64,000 nucleotides of DNA from a virus: the IMG/VR virus record IMGVR_UViG_3300042946_001661, positions 19,589 through 83,588 of that record; one strand, written 5' to 3'. The translations under genes and the position numbers were made by a program. Numbering within the stretch: the stretch's first letter is position 1; each line of letters opens with the position of its first letter. The notes beneath the pieces are model-generated. The model had not been told where the DNA came from. It searched no databases and saw nothing but the letters and a program-made list of their open reading frames with translations. Below are positions 1 through 9,254 of the stretch, in pieces.

Positions 1-42
1 CTCCATTAATTTGTCTTGCAACATTAACAATAATATAAGCTT

Positions 43-342
43 TCATTCTGGGAACTCCAATTCGTCTTTTTTGTTTAGAGCAATATCTTTTTTATTCTCT
101 TTGGTTATAGTTTTATCTAAGTTAATCAAAAACATATTTAAAGCTTGATGTGGATAGTTTTTAGCTTTTTCTTTAATTTTATTTTTTAAATCATCAGATA
201 TTGTTTTCTTGTCAATTGCTTCAAAAACATTTTTTAATGTTATTTTCCTAAAACTATTTCTTGATGCATTTTGTTGTCCATAAGATAAACTCATATTCAA
301 ATTTTGAGCTTCATTCATTATTTGTTGATTCCTTTTCTTCAT
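43..342 (-). CDS. hypothetical protein
   Basis: 99 aa ORF overlapping the upstream gene; no motif recognised. Confidence 0.55.
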   Translation of the reverse strand: MKKRNQQIMNEAQNLNMSLSYGQQNASRNSFRKITLKNVFEAIDKKTISDDLKNKIKEKAKNYPHQALNMFLINLDKTITKENKKDIALNKKDELEFPE

Positions 343-628
343 CTTTATTTACATCAAATTTATTATATTTTTTAATAAAATTATTATTATTAATATCTCT
401 AAGTATAGAAGAAACACTACTGTTTATAGTTACATCTCCTTGAAAATCTTTAACTGCTGAGGTGTCAACTTTTCTTAATATTTCTTTTTCCAACTTTATT
501 TTTAACTCTGCATCGTCGGGCTCATTTAAAAAATATAGATTACCTGACCCGTAGTCCACCATACAAAAATAATTTTTATTATTAAAAACAACAAGTAATG
601 GTACTAAATATTTAACGGACATTTCCAT
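311..628 (-). CDS. hypothetical protein
   Basis: 105 aa ORF divergent from 652. Confidence 0.6.
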   Translation of the reverse strand: MEMSVKYLVPLLVVFNNKNYFCMVDYGSGNLYFLNEPDDAELKIKLEKEILRKVDTSAVKDFQGDVTINSSVSSILRDINNNNFIKKYNKFDVNKDEEKESTNNE

Positions 629-651
629 ATAGCTATTAAAGTAATATCAAT

Positions 652-918
652 ATGAATTTTAAAAATTTTTTAAACTTACCAGAAATAGAAAAAGAAGGAG
701 TAATAAAAAAAATAGAAAGGAACAAAAATCCTATATCAATAAAGATTGATGACTCAACAGTTGAAGGAACAGAAGTATTTCTATCTCCTTCAGAGTACAG
801 AAGATATAAAAAAACAGGAAGATTAGAAATTGGATCAAAAGTTAAAATCTATTTACAAAAGCATCCATTAGATCAAGGAAAGGGACCCTTTCAGATATCA
901 AGGGTAAAATTTATATGA
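652..918 (+). CDS. hypothetical protein with capsid-targeting-like N-terminus (MNFKNFLN)
   Basis: 88 aa ORF; N-terminal motif shared with about 10 other ORFs. Confidence 0.6.
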   Translation: MNFKNFLNLPEIEKEGVIKKIERNKNPISIKIDDSTVEGTEVFLSPSEYRRYKKTGRLEIGSKVKIYLQKHPLDQGKGPFQISRVKFI

Positions 919-1652
919 AAATATTTTTATTGATATTTATAGTATTACTTAATACTACAGCTACTTTTGGAGGAACAAGAGATCCAAACACCCCAGATTC
1001 TAAATATCTTGAGTATGGAAAAAAACATAAATGTGTAATTAAAATTACAACTATAACAAAAGAAGATAAAAAAGCATACGGCTCTGCTGTGGCGATAGAT
1101 CCATATTGGGTGCTAACAGCGGCACATCTTGTTAAAGATTCAATTAATGCAAAAATTATTTTAGACAACAAAGAAATAGCTATAGATGAAATATTTATTC
1201 CAGATGAATATGATGAAAAAAAAATAGGACTGTCTGATATAGCTTTATGCAAACTAAATGAAGGTTTAGATTTAAACTTTTATCCAGAATTATATGAAAA
1301 AGAAGATGAAGTTGGAAAAGTTTGCAGCATATCTGGATTTGGTGTTACCGGAACATTTTCTTCAAAAGAAAGAATTGATGATGGAATTAGAAGGGCAGGA
1401 TCTAATCAAATAGATAATATAGAAAAACACCTACTAATATGTACTCCAGGAATAAAAAATAAAACAGAATTAGAATTTTCAATATCTCATGGTGATAGCG
1501 GAGGAGGACTATTTATAGACAGAAAGCTTGCTGGTATAAATTCTTGTGTAATGGCTGCAGATAAAAACCCAAACTCTAGCTATGGTGATGAATGTGGACA
1601 CACAAGAGTCTCAATACACAGGAATTGGATTATAAATATAATTAAAAAATAA
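915..1652 (+). CDS. secreted trypsin-like (S1) serine protease
   Basis: Hydrophobic signal peptide; catalytic triad motifs LTAAH, DIAL, GDSGG. Confidence 0.9.
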   Translation: MKIFLLIFIVLLNTTATFGGTRDPNTPDSKYLEYGKKHKCVIKITTITKEDKKAYGSAVAIDPYWVLTAAHLVKDSINAKIILDNKEIAIDEIFIPDEYDEKKIGLSDIALCKLNEGLDLNFYPELYEKEDEVGKVCSISGFGVTGTFSSKERIDDGIRRAGSNQIDNIEKHLLICTPGIKNKTELEFSISHGDSGGGLFIDRKLAGINSCVMAADKNPNSSYGDECGHTRVSIHRNWIINIIKK

Positions 1653-1733
1653 ATTATGGAGCACTGTTTGGTATTGATCAGCCAAATTACCAAGGTATAA
1701 AATGCTCAATAACCAAAAAAATAAAAAACTAAG

Positions 1734-1815
1734 CACAAGAGATAGGACTCGAACCTATAGTTGCTTTTGGCGGAAGATTAACAATCTTCTGGGTCTACCA
1801 TTCCCCCACTCTTGT
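1734..1815 (-). tRNA. tRNA-Asn(GUU) with long variable arm, CCA not encoded
   Basis: Acceptor ACAAGAG/CTCTTGT, D stem GGG/CCC, anticodon arm GAAGA-TTGTTAA-TCTTC, 14-nt variable region, T arm ATAGG-TTCGAGT-CCTAT, discriminator G. Confidence 0.88.
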
Positions 1816-1888
1816 GTGATTGTAAACTATTAATACTTTCAAAAGCGTCTGAATTTAAAGCTCAAAAAAGCCTGGAAATTTATTTAAA

Positions 1889-2164
1889 TCACTTAGCTCT
1901 ATATTCTCCCCAGACTGCTTCCCATTCATCTGTTTTGGGCATTAACATAGCATCTATGTCAACTTTATCTGGATCTATGCCTGGTCCGTATGGGCTTGGT
2001 GAGTATTCCTTTTGTAGTTTTTTGATCATAGCATCTGCTATGTTGTCGTAATGATTTTGAATTGCAAGATTTATAATCTTATTTGAAAACATCAATGTAA
2101 AAAATATCAAAAAACTAAGAATCAATATAACCCAAACTAATTTTTTATCTAATAAGTCTTTCAT
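1889..2164 (-). CDS. membrane-anchored hypothetical protein
   Basis: N-terminal TM helix; AGGAG SD. Confidence 0.7.
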   Translation of the reverse strand: MKDLLDKKLVWVILILSFLIFFTLMFSNKIINLAIQNHYDNIADAMIKKLQKEYSPSPYGPGIDPDKVDIDAMLMPKTDEWEAVWGEYRAK

Positions 2165-2196
2165 TTTTTCTCCTTAATAATATTATAGTAGAATGT

Positions 2197-2754
2197 TTAG
2201 TTTTTAGGACAAAGTTTACAAATTATTTGATTTGAGGTAATAAATGGTTTTTTCTCAATTAAAAAAATATCTTCTCCAAGTTTATCTATAAACTTGTTCA
2301 TCAACTCAAATCCTTTTTCTTTATTTGATAATTCTCTATTTGATTTAAATTTTAAAGTTATTTGTAGTTTTTTACCATTTTTTAAAAATTCTTTAGCATG
2401 ATTTATTTTTGTGTTTAAATCGTGTTCTTCTATGCATGATTTAAATCTTATTTCTTTTGATTCTAGTGCTTTTGAATTTTTTTTCTTATCTTTTTCTTTT
2501 ATTTTTTCTTGATATGAGTACTTTTGATAGTCTAGAATATGGCAGACAGGGGGTTTTGCATTAGGTACAATTTCAACTAAATCTAAGCTTTTTTCTTGAG
2601 CAACACGAACAGCAGAATCAAGGCTCATAACTCCAAGTTGCTGTCCCTCAAAAATTACCCTTATAGGGCTGATTTTAATAGCATAATTGATTCTATGCTT
2701 AGGAAGAGGTTTGTTGGAAGAAAACCCAAATTTATTTCTGTACTTGTAACTCAT
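2197..2754 (-). CDS. infC: translation initiation factor IF-3
   Basis: RIN.AI, QLGVM, LDLVEI.PNA.PPVC.I.DY.KY.Y, KEIRF, HDL.TK, NRE motifs; both domains present. Confidence 0.93.
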   Translation of the reverse strand: MSYKYRNKFGFSSNKPLPKHRINYAIKISPIRVIFEGQQLGVMSLDSAVRVAQEKSLDLVEIVPNAKPPVCHILDYQKYSYQEKIKEKDKKKNSKALESKEIRFKSCIEEHDLNTKINHAKEFLKNGKKLQITLKFKSNRELSNKEKGFELMNKFIDKLGEDIFLIEKKPFITSNQIICKLCPKN

Positions 2755-2799
2755 TTATAATAATAAAAGTGTGTTGTTAAAATTATTATAGAGTAAAAG

Positions 2800-3435
2800 C
2801 TAGTAAGTTTCAAGGTTGTTATCCAAAATATTGATAAATATTCCTTCTTTCTCTTCAGGATATTTTCTACTAGAGATGATCTCATCATCTTCGTTTTTTT
2901 CTATAACTTTAAATTCAAGATAATACTCTCCTGGAACCCGTGTGTCATCCAAGAACCAATTGTAAACCAAATAGCTTTCTACTAAAACGTTTTGTTCGAC
3001 CGTTCCATTTAGCTTTATAACATCTTCACGAACTAAGTCGTAAGTCGCACTAGAGTTCATTATTTTTATAATTTTTATATTAGTTCCTTTTTTCCAACTA
3101 GCCGGCGTAGTGCTGAAATAACCTCTAGTTACCATAATGCTGTTGTTTATTATTGTGGAAACCTGCATTAATTCATGATTGGTGCTATTTTTAAACAGAA
3201 TAATATCATCTGGAACAACGGAGCTAAGACCTACGTTATCTGCTAGAAGTATTTCAAACTCACTATCGTCTATATCTTTTTTAAGCTTTGCGTCCGCCCA
3301 CATACTGGCTGTTATTTCTTTACCTGTTAAGTCTATTGGGCTCATATCACAATCATATATTTTAAGCCTAACAGAGGGTTGTGTGCTATTTCTTTTTATA
3401 ATGAAATCATATTCATATTTTTTGCAGTTTGCCAT
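2800..3435 (-). CDS. BppU-like (baseplate upper protein-type) virion protein
   Basis: FIIKRNST.P ... PIDLTG ... Y.W...DT..PG.Y..EF pattern; late box upstream. Confidence 0.55.
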   Translation of the reverse strand: MANCKKYEYDFIIKRNSTQPSVRLKIYDCDMSPIDLTGKEITASMWADAKLKKDIDDSEFEILLADNVGLSSVVPDDIILFKNSTNHELMQVSTIINNSIMVTRGYFSTTPASWKKGTNIKIIKIMNSSATYDLVREDVIKLNGTVEQNVLVESYLVYNWFLDDTRVPGEYYLEFKVIEKNEDDEIISSRKYPEEKEGIFINILDNNLETY

Positions 3436-3449
3436 AATAATATATATTA

Positions 3450-3794
3450 TTATCTATTAACATTTATTTTTCTAATATCTCCAGATATTTTAATCTTACC
3501 AGATTCTAGTTCGGCAAGCATTTCTAAATTTATATTTTTCTTATAAAGAGAATGTAGGAATATCAAATCTTTATATTTTTTTTCAAGTTGCTTGAGCCAC
3601 CTGTTTTGACAACACAAACCTGTGTGGTCTACAAAATTTTTATATTCACCAAAAAATATAAAATATCTTAAAAAACACCTTTGAATTTTTCCTTTAAAGT
3701 ATTTTAAAAGAAACTTTTTATCTTTAGGTATTTCTAAGAATAAAAATCTCATTCCTATAAACAAACAATCATGATCCAAAATAAATTCCCTCAC
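3450..3794 (-). CDS. hypothetical protein
   Basis: 114 aa ORF in operon. Confidence 0.6.
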   Translation of the reverse strand: MREFILDHDCLFIGMRFLFLEIPKDKKFLLKYFKGKIQRCFLRYFIFFGEYKNFVDHTGLCCQNRWLKQLEKKYKDLIFLHSLYKKNINLEMLAELESGKIKISGDIRKINVNR

Positions 3795-4269
3795 AAAACT
3801 CTAAACACAAAATCATCATTCCGCCTGCAAACTGTTGTGGAACCCCAGCTTTGTATAAACTTTTTAATGTTTCATTAACCATTTTAATCTCTTTTGTTAC
3901 ATCTCCGTCTTTTTTTGCTTTATTTATATCTTCTTGAGTTATAACAATGCATTTTTCAAGAGCTTCATATGCTTTTTGAACACCTAATATTATATTAGTA
4001 TTTACAACTGTATAAATTTTATCTTTATTAAATAAACTAGATTTATCTATATTTGTATTAGGATGTGCAGATTTTTCTTCAAAAAATAATTTTATATAGT
4101 ATTCTGCCAGTCCCATAGCATCTTTTCTAAAATCATCAATAGATGATATTTCTATATTTTTTAGCAAATTAATTGCTATTAGTTCTTCTGGTTCGTCTTC
4201 TATTTCATCAAAATCATCAAAATCATCATAATAATCATCTTCGTATTTTTCCATAATTTGTTTTTTCAT
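3769..4269 (-). CDS. hypothetical protein, acidic N-terminus
   Basis: 166 aa ORF; AGGAG upstream. Confidence 0.65.
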   Translation of the reverse strand: MKKQIMEKYEDDYYDDFDDFDEIEDEPEELIAINLLKNIEISSIDDFRKDAMGLAEYYIKLFFEEKSAHPNTNIDKSSLFNKDKIYTVVNTNIILGVQKAYEALEKCIVITQEDINKAKKDGDVTKEIKMVNETLKSLYKAGVPQQFAGGMMILCLEFCEGIYFGS

Positions 4270-4298
4270 TTTTGAAATGCTCCTTAATACATAACTGT

Positions 4299-4760
4299 AT
4301 GTTTAAAAAATTCTTTTTGGTTTTTTTGTTTTTAACTTTATTTTCTGGTTGTGGTGGAAATCTAAGTCCACGAAACAAACAGAATATAAATAATCCTAAC
4401 GGAGATGTTCAGAATAATCAACAAGGGTTTTTGTTGGAATTAGGAAAAATGAGACAAGAAGTCGACATTATAGGAAGCAGATTAAGAGAAGTCCAAGAAG
4501 GTTTGATTAACATAAATTCTGCTATCTCTAGGAATGAAAATTCAGGAATTCAAATTCTACAAGGAGACGGGGCTCTTTTTCTTGTGTTTAGTTGTGTTGC
4601 TCTTGTTTTTATTTTCTATTACAAAAATAGAGAGAACGAAAAACTTCTTAAAACAGTTACAAACAAAATTGCTGAGATTAATGATGAAAATCTAACAAAC
4701 AAAGTAATAGATTCTGTCGAGCCTGCTCAAGCAAGAAAACTTATTAAGATGTTAAAATAG
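4299..4760 (+). CDS. lipoprotein with coiled coil and C-proximal TM helix (unimolecular spanin candidate)
   Basis: MFKKFFLVFLFLTLFSG-C lipobox; TM GALFLVFSCVALVFIFYY; TACATA 5 nt before ATG 4299. Confidence 0.6.
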   Translation: MFKKFFLVFLFLTLFSGCGGNLSPRNKQNINNPNGDVQNNQQGFLLELGKMRQEVDIIGSRLREVQEGLININSAISRNENSGIQILQGDGALFLVFSCVALVFIFYYKNRENEKLLKTVTNKIAEINDENLTNKVIDSVEPAQARKLIKMLK

Positions 4761-4774
4761 GCGGCGTCTGGAAT

Positions 4775-4960
4775 TTATTCTGAGGGTTTATTTCTTCTTT
4801 GCAATTCTTTTTTTAGTAGAGACGTTAATCCAGGTTCATTAACTATTTCCATTTCTGGCTTAACTTCTTTGAAGATTGATTCTACTTCTTCTGTGGGTAA
4901 TCCAGCTCTCTTGCTGACTTCTTCTAAATCTTCTTTGGACATTTTCATTTTGAGCCTCAC
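4775..4960 (-). CDS. hypothetical protein
   Basis: 61 aa ORF; GGAGG upstream. Confidence 0.55.
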   Translation of the reverse strand: MRLKMKMSKEDLEEVSKRAGLPTEEVESIFKEVKPEMEIVNEPGLTSLLKKELQRRNKPSE

Positions 4961-4979
4961 CTCCTGGGGTCACTCGACT

Positions 4980-5213
4980 CTATCTCAGATAAAAGCCTTC
5001 ACAGTTATCTGCAGTTGGAAGACACAACCTATCCGGTTCTATTTTATTTTTTTCACAAAAATGAAAAAAATCTTTAACTTCTTGGTCTATTAATTGTTTT
5101 TTTAAAGTTTTTTTTAAACAATAATAATTATTATTGTTCTCGCCCAAATATCTGCATGTTTTTGAGTTGTGTCCAGCCAAACAAACTTCATCTATTTGTT
5201 TTTTTGTTAACAT
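4980..5213 (-). CDS. Cys-rich hypothetical protein
   Basis: 77 aa with spaced Cys; sigma70-type promoter upstream (TTGACA...TAAAAT). Confidence 0.6.
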   Translation of the reverse strand: MLTKKQIDEVCLAGHNSKTCRYLGENNNNYYCLKKTLKKQLIDQEVKDFFHFCEKNKIEPDRLCLPTADNCEGFYLR

Positions 5214-5268
5214 TTTTAATAGTCTTATTTGATGAAGCGAATTTTATCAAGGCGTAAGAATTTGTCAA

Positions 5269-5499
5269 TCAAAAATTTTCAGGTTTTGAATTTTTCTTTC
5301 TTATTAAATTCATCTCTTTTTTCTTTCTTCTTCTTTTTTCTCCAGGACTTTCATAAAATTCTCTTTTTTTAACTTCCTGAAGAACTCCGCTATCTGATAT
5401 TACTTTCTTAAAAATATTCAAACCTCTTTTGAACAAATCTTCCTTTTCTCTTTGAGAAAGATTGTGATGACCATCTTCTTTTAATATTCTAATTTTCAT
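5269..5499 (-). CDS. rpsU: ribosomal protein bS21
   Basis: FKK....SGVLQEVKKREFYESPGEKRRRK matches the bS21 signature. Confidence 0.88.
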   Translation of the reverse strand: MKIRILKEDGHHNLSQREKEDLFKRGLNIFKKVISDSGVLQEVKKREFYESPGEKRRRKKKEMNLIRKKNSKPENF

Positions 5500-5526
5500 T
5501 TAAAGTCTCCTTCTAATAATAGAGTT

Positions 5527-6669
5527 TCATTCTTTTGGAATTTTTATAAATCTTGTTCCAAATTTTTTATTTTTGATTTTTCTAACATCTTCTATAATTA
5601 CTTTTTTATTAAACTCAGATGTTGTGTTCCAAGTATCTCTGTCTAAGTACGGTAAAAAATTCATTAAATTATTTTTAATATTAACAAAAATGTCATTTTT
5701 CCAAGAACTCAAATTTCCATTAACTATACTGTTTGTGAAGTAGAATTGAATTTTATTCGGTGTTTCTATTGCTGTGTAGTTGTATAATTCATTTTCCTTT
5801 GTATTAAAGTATCTTGTTCTCTCATCAAAAATCAAAGATGGTGTTCTTGATAATTTTGATAGCCAAGATAAATCATTAAACAAGTCTAGGGTGCATCCCG
5901 TTAGTCTTATAGAAGATAAAACTTTAGATATATCATATTCATTTACAAATATACAATCTGTTTTATTTGTAAATTCATTTGTTAAATCAAACCCTGTTGG
6001 GTGATTCCATATAACAGGAAAAATATTTTCACTCTTCAAATATTTTATTAATTCTATATAAAAATCCTTATTAGATCTAACTTTTATATTTCTTCCATCC
6101 GCCCAAGAGTTCAAATAAATAGAAGGATGAAGAAAAACCTTATACCCAGAATTTTCATTTATTGACCTGAGGGTGTCTTTTCCTAAGATTGCAGAACTTG
6201 GAATCATAGGAAAGTTTAATATAATATCTTCGTATTCTTTCCAAAATTTTTCTTTAAAACCATTTTTATAATACAAATTAAAAGTGCTCGAATTAATTAC
6301 GTTTCTATAATTTTCATTGAAGCTTCTTAATAATTCTAAATATGTTTTTGATTTATTTTCAAATTCATTTGAATTTTCATAAATATTTTTAAAAAATTTG
6401 AAATCAGATAAACTCCAATACTCGTCTGCCTCTTTAAACAAGTGTGAGAATCCTGGGTAGGAACAGACTATAATATATTTTGAATTTTTTGTTTTATTTT
6501 TATAGTGATCAAATAGTATTGATGAAAAAATAAAAGAATGTTTAAAATCACAAAATATAGGTATAAAAAGAAGATTGTCTAAGTCTGTTGGAACTTTTGA
6601 ATCAAAAAAAACTTCTCTTTTAAAGCCTATTCTTTCTGAGGAAACATTCAAGAAATTAATAGTGTTCAT
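5527..6669 (-). CDS. glycosyltransferase family 9-like (heptosyltransferase-like) protein
   Basis: GT-B layout; IIVCSYPG.SHLF.EADEYW and VFLHP...S...R...FY.ELI.YL; paralog of the neighbour. Confidence 0.5.
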   Translation of the reverse strand: MNTINFLNVSSERIGFKREVFFDSKVPTDLDNLLFIPIFCDFKHSFIFSSILFDHYKNKTKNSKYIIVCSYPGFSHLFKEADEYWSLSDFKFFKNIYENSNEFENKSKTYLELLRSFNENYRNVINSSTFNLYYKNGFKEKFWKEYEDIILNFPMIPSSAILGKDTLRSINENSGYKVFLHPSIYLNSWADGRNIKVRSNKDFYIELIKYLKSENIFPVIWNHPTGFDLTNEFTNKTDCIFVNEYDISKVLSSIRLTGCTLDLFNDLSWLSKLSRTPSLIFDERTRYFNTKENELYNYTAIETPNKIQFYFTNSIVNGNLSSWKNDIFVNIKNNLMNFLPYLDRDTWNTTSEFNKKVIIEDVRKIKNKKFGTRFIKIPKE

Positions 6670-6672
6670 AAA

Positions 6673-7791
6673 TCACCAGTTCAACAATCCCTTTTTATCT
6701 AAAGCGTGTTTTACCATATTTTTATCTTCAGTTAAATCTAAAACATAGTCCCAATTATCTTTTTTTATTTCATGTATAGACTTTTCTATAGATAACAAGC
6801 CTTTTTCTGTATCATTTAAAAATGATACATAATTAGATATTATTATCTTTTTTTTGTTAAAATCAGAACTAGCTGCTATTCTACTTCCTTCTTGTCCTCT
6901 AAGAGCCAACTGATCTGCGGATTCTACGAGTATAAAAGGAGTTTTTACAATTGAACTCAATCTTGTCGATGCTGTCCAGAGTTGAATGCTAAACTCTACA
7001 CAACTTAATACAGCCAATGTAAATTCTAAATTTTTTACCATAGCAGTGTTAGAAAAATCAATACAATTTTCCATTTTTAAACTTGATACATTTTCTCCAA
7101 GATAAACAGGAGTAAAATCATTAGAAACCAAAATTTTATTTAATTTATAATAAAAATCTTTAGGTAAATTTCTACCATATGTTTTTCTGTTTCTTGCAAA
7201 AACAGCAACTGCTTTATTTGGAACTATTTTTTTAATTTCATTTAAATAATCTTCTTTTGGTTTTGGAATACTTCTTGAAAATTTTTTATTTTGTATATCT
7301 CCTAATAAAGGAGGGGAGATATTTTTATTACCACATCTTGGACATAAATCAAAAAAAGCATAGCTCGAATGAAAACATTTTTTACAAACATATGTGATTA
7401 AAAAATTGCCAAGATATTGACTTTTAAAAAGTATGCCTATTTTTTTTAGTTCTTTCTCTAATAAATCTATGTTTTTAGACCTAGTCCAAAAAGCATTACA
7501 AGAATCTTTTAACCAATAATCATCTTCTTTTAATTCCCAAAACTCATCAACTAAATGTCTATAAAAATATTCCCTTCCAGTCCATCCAACTAATATTATA
7601 TAATATCCATTAAAAATATTTAATAATTGTGGTATAGAATAATTACAAGCTAAAGTTTCTACTCCCAATTCACAAAAATTAGTAATAATTAAAATCTTAT
7701 CTAGTTTTTTCTTTTTTGTAAATTTATAGACATTAAAACAAAAATTATCTATTTTTTTTTCTTTGATATGCTTGTTTTTAATAAAAAGCAT
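6673..7791 (-). CDS. glycosyltransferase family 9-like protein with CxxC/CxxC insert
   Basis: ELG.E, GREYFYRHLVDEFW, AVFARNRK...RNLP..FY..L, CIDFS, TA..RL...V.TP. Confidence 0.55.
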   Translation of the reverse strand: MLFIKNKHIKEKKIDNFCFNVYKFTKKKKLDKILIITNFCELGVETLACNYSIPQLLNIFNGYYIILVGWTGREYFYRHLVDEFWELKEDDYWLKDSCNAFWTRSKNIDLLEKELKKIGILFKSQYLGNFLITYVCKKCFHSSYAFFDLCPRCGNKNISPPLLGDIQNKKFSRSIPKPKEDYLNEIKKIVPNKAVAVFARNRKTYGRNLPKDFYYKLNKILVSNDFTPVYLGENVSSLKMENCIDFSNTAMVKNLEFTLAVLSCVEFSIQLWTASTRLSSIVKTPFILVESADQLALRGQEGSRIAASSDFNKKKIIISNYVSFLNDTEKGLLSIEKSIHEIKKDNWDYVLDLTEDKNMVKHALDKKGLLNW

Positions 7792-7797
7792 TTTATA

Positions 7798-8325
7798 TCA
7801 TTTAGGTTCCGGTGTGAATCTTAGTGCACCTATCTGATCGCTAATTTTGTCAATCATAGATGCTACTTTTCCCATCTCTTTTTTAATAGAGTCTAATTCT
7901 TTTTCTTTAACACCCATCGCATGTTTAGATAAAAATTGAACCTCTAAGTCGTATAGTTTTTTCTTCAATTCATTAAGTTTATCTAAACTTTCACCTTCAG
8001 TCCAATCGTCTGTTGGTTTATTTTTTGCATCTCTACCCAAATTTGAATAATCTACTGGGTTGCTACTTTTTGCTACCTTAGATGTTTTATTTTCATTTAA
8101 TAGTTGAGCTTCTGAATAATTTGCAATATCATTCCAATAAGAGACACCATCTTGTTCTGGATCTAATTCTGAATCTTTGATATTAATCTGTCCGAAGAAA
8201 TTAGATTTTCCGTCCTCTATTTCTTTGGGTTTTAGGTCAGACTTTGGAAATAAACCATCTTTTAATGCTTTATCCCATTGTTGTGTCCACTTATCGAACT
8301 GATCTTCCATGTTATTGTTGCTCAT
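7798..8325 (-). CDS. late hypothetical protein with C-terminal coiled coil
   Basis: 175 aa; TATATATA 6 nt before ATG. Confidence 0.7.
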   Translation of the reverse strand: MSNNNMEDQFDKWTQQWDKALKDGLFPKSDLKPKEIEDGKSNFFGQINIKDSELDPEQDGVSYWNDIANYSEAQLLNENKTSKVAKSSNPVDYSNLGRDAKNKPTDDWTEGESLDKLNELKKKLYDLEVQFLSKHAMGVKEKELDSIKKEMGKVASMIDKISDQIGALRFTPEPK

Positions 8326-8354
8326 AATAATTATATATACTTAAGTTTTTAATT

Positions 8355-8792
8355 TTAGCAACCTAAAACTATTCTTAATGTTAAGCTAATCGCTTGTAAA
8401 CTTGAAATTAATACAGGATTTGGGAATTTATAATACCATATTACAGAATCAGAATTATTAACAATATAATATCCATATATTGTACTTTCTACAATATCGC
8501 TGCATCCCCAGACCAGAACTTCATCGTAATAAGAAACAACATCCCCTGATTCTACTGTTGCTGCACTCCAGTTATTCTTATCCAGTTCTTTAGAGGAATA
8601 TCCATCAAAAGTACATTCGGTAAACGACAAATTGTTTTCATTCAAGTTGTTCTTAAACAACTTTATCACATAATCATTACAAGAAAGTAGGCTGTCTAAA
8701 TAGTCCGGCTTTGAACTTGGAACAGGCTGTGCGACTCCTAATATTGGCGTTGGCGTTGGAGTTGGAGTTGGAGTTGGGGTTGGAGTTGACAT
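8355..8792 (-). CDS. putative virion protein with N-terminal (Thr-Pro)7; paralog of 58259..58666
   Basis: KLFKN, F.GY, W, IYGYY.V, W...F shared with 58259; TATAAATA 6 nt before ATG. Confidence 0.7.
   Translation of the reverse strand: MSTPTPTPTPTPTPTPILGVAQPVPSSKPDYLDSLLSCNDYVIKLFKNNLNENNLSFTECTFDGYSSKELDKNNWSAATVESGDVVSYYDEVLVWGCSDIVESTIYGYYIVNNSDSVIWYYKFPNPVLISSLQAISLTLRIVLGC
8745..8786 (-). repeat. hexanucleotide ACNCCN repeat encoding (TP)7
   Basis: Directly visible. Confidence 0.85.
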
Positions 8793-8798
8793 ATAGTT

Positions 8799-8806
8799 TA
8801 TTTATA
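8799..8806 (-). promoter_or_regulatory. T4-type late promoter TATAAATA, leaderless position
   Basis: Exact T4 late consensus 6 nt upstream of ATG 8792. Confidence 0.7.
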
Positions 8807-9254
8807 CATTTTCAATAATTTTAGATTTTATTAAAATGTTTTTTTCTTTATCTACAAGATCTTCAGAGTTATATGTTTTTAGAGTTGACCAATGAGGGTC
8901 ATCTTTTGGAATATATTCTTTTTTAGTATAATAAAAAAATTCTGCTATGTATTCGTATTCTTTATTTTCAACTTCATCAACACTCATACCTGAAAGGCGA
9001 TCATGCAAAATTTCTTTTAATACTTTTACCGAATCAATCCATCTGGCTTTTGCCATCTTTTGAATAATAGCAAGAGCTGAATACGCATTGTTTTCTAATG
9101 CATTTATTACATCTTTTTTAAGATCTCCTGGTCCGAATTTTGCTTTTGTTGTATAACATGCAATTACTTCATCTTTGCTAGGTTTATATTTTAAAGAAAC
9201 ATCTTTGAAGTATTCTGAAAAATTACTTTCATCAATTATCAACTCTTTGCTCAT
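8802..9254 (-). CDS. hypothetical protein
   Basis: 150 aa ORF overlapping the end of the dnaE C-piece. Confidence 0.65.
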   Translation of the reverse strand: MSKELIIDESNFSEYFKDVSLKYKPSKDEVIACYTTKAKFGPGDLKKDVINALENNAYSALAIIQKMAKARWIDSVKVLKEILHDRLSGMSVDEVENKEYEYIAEFFYYTKKEYIPKDDPHWSTLKTYNSEDLVDKEKNILIKSKIIENV

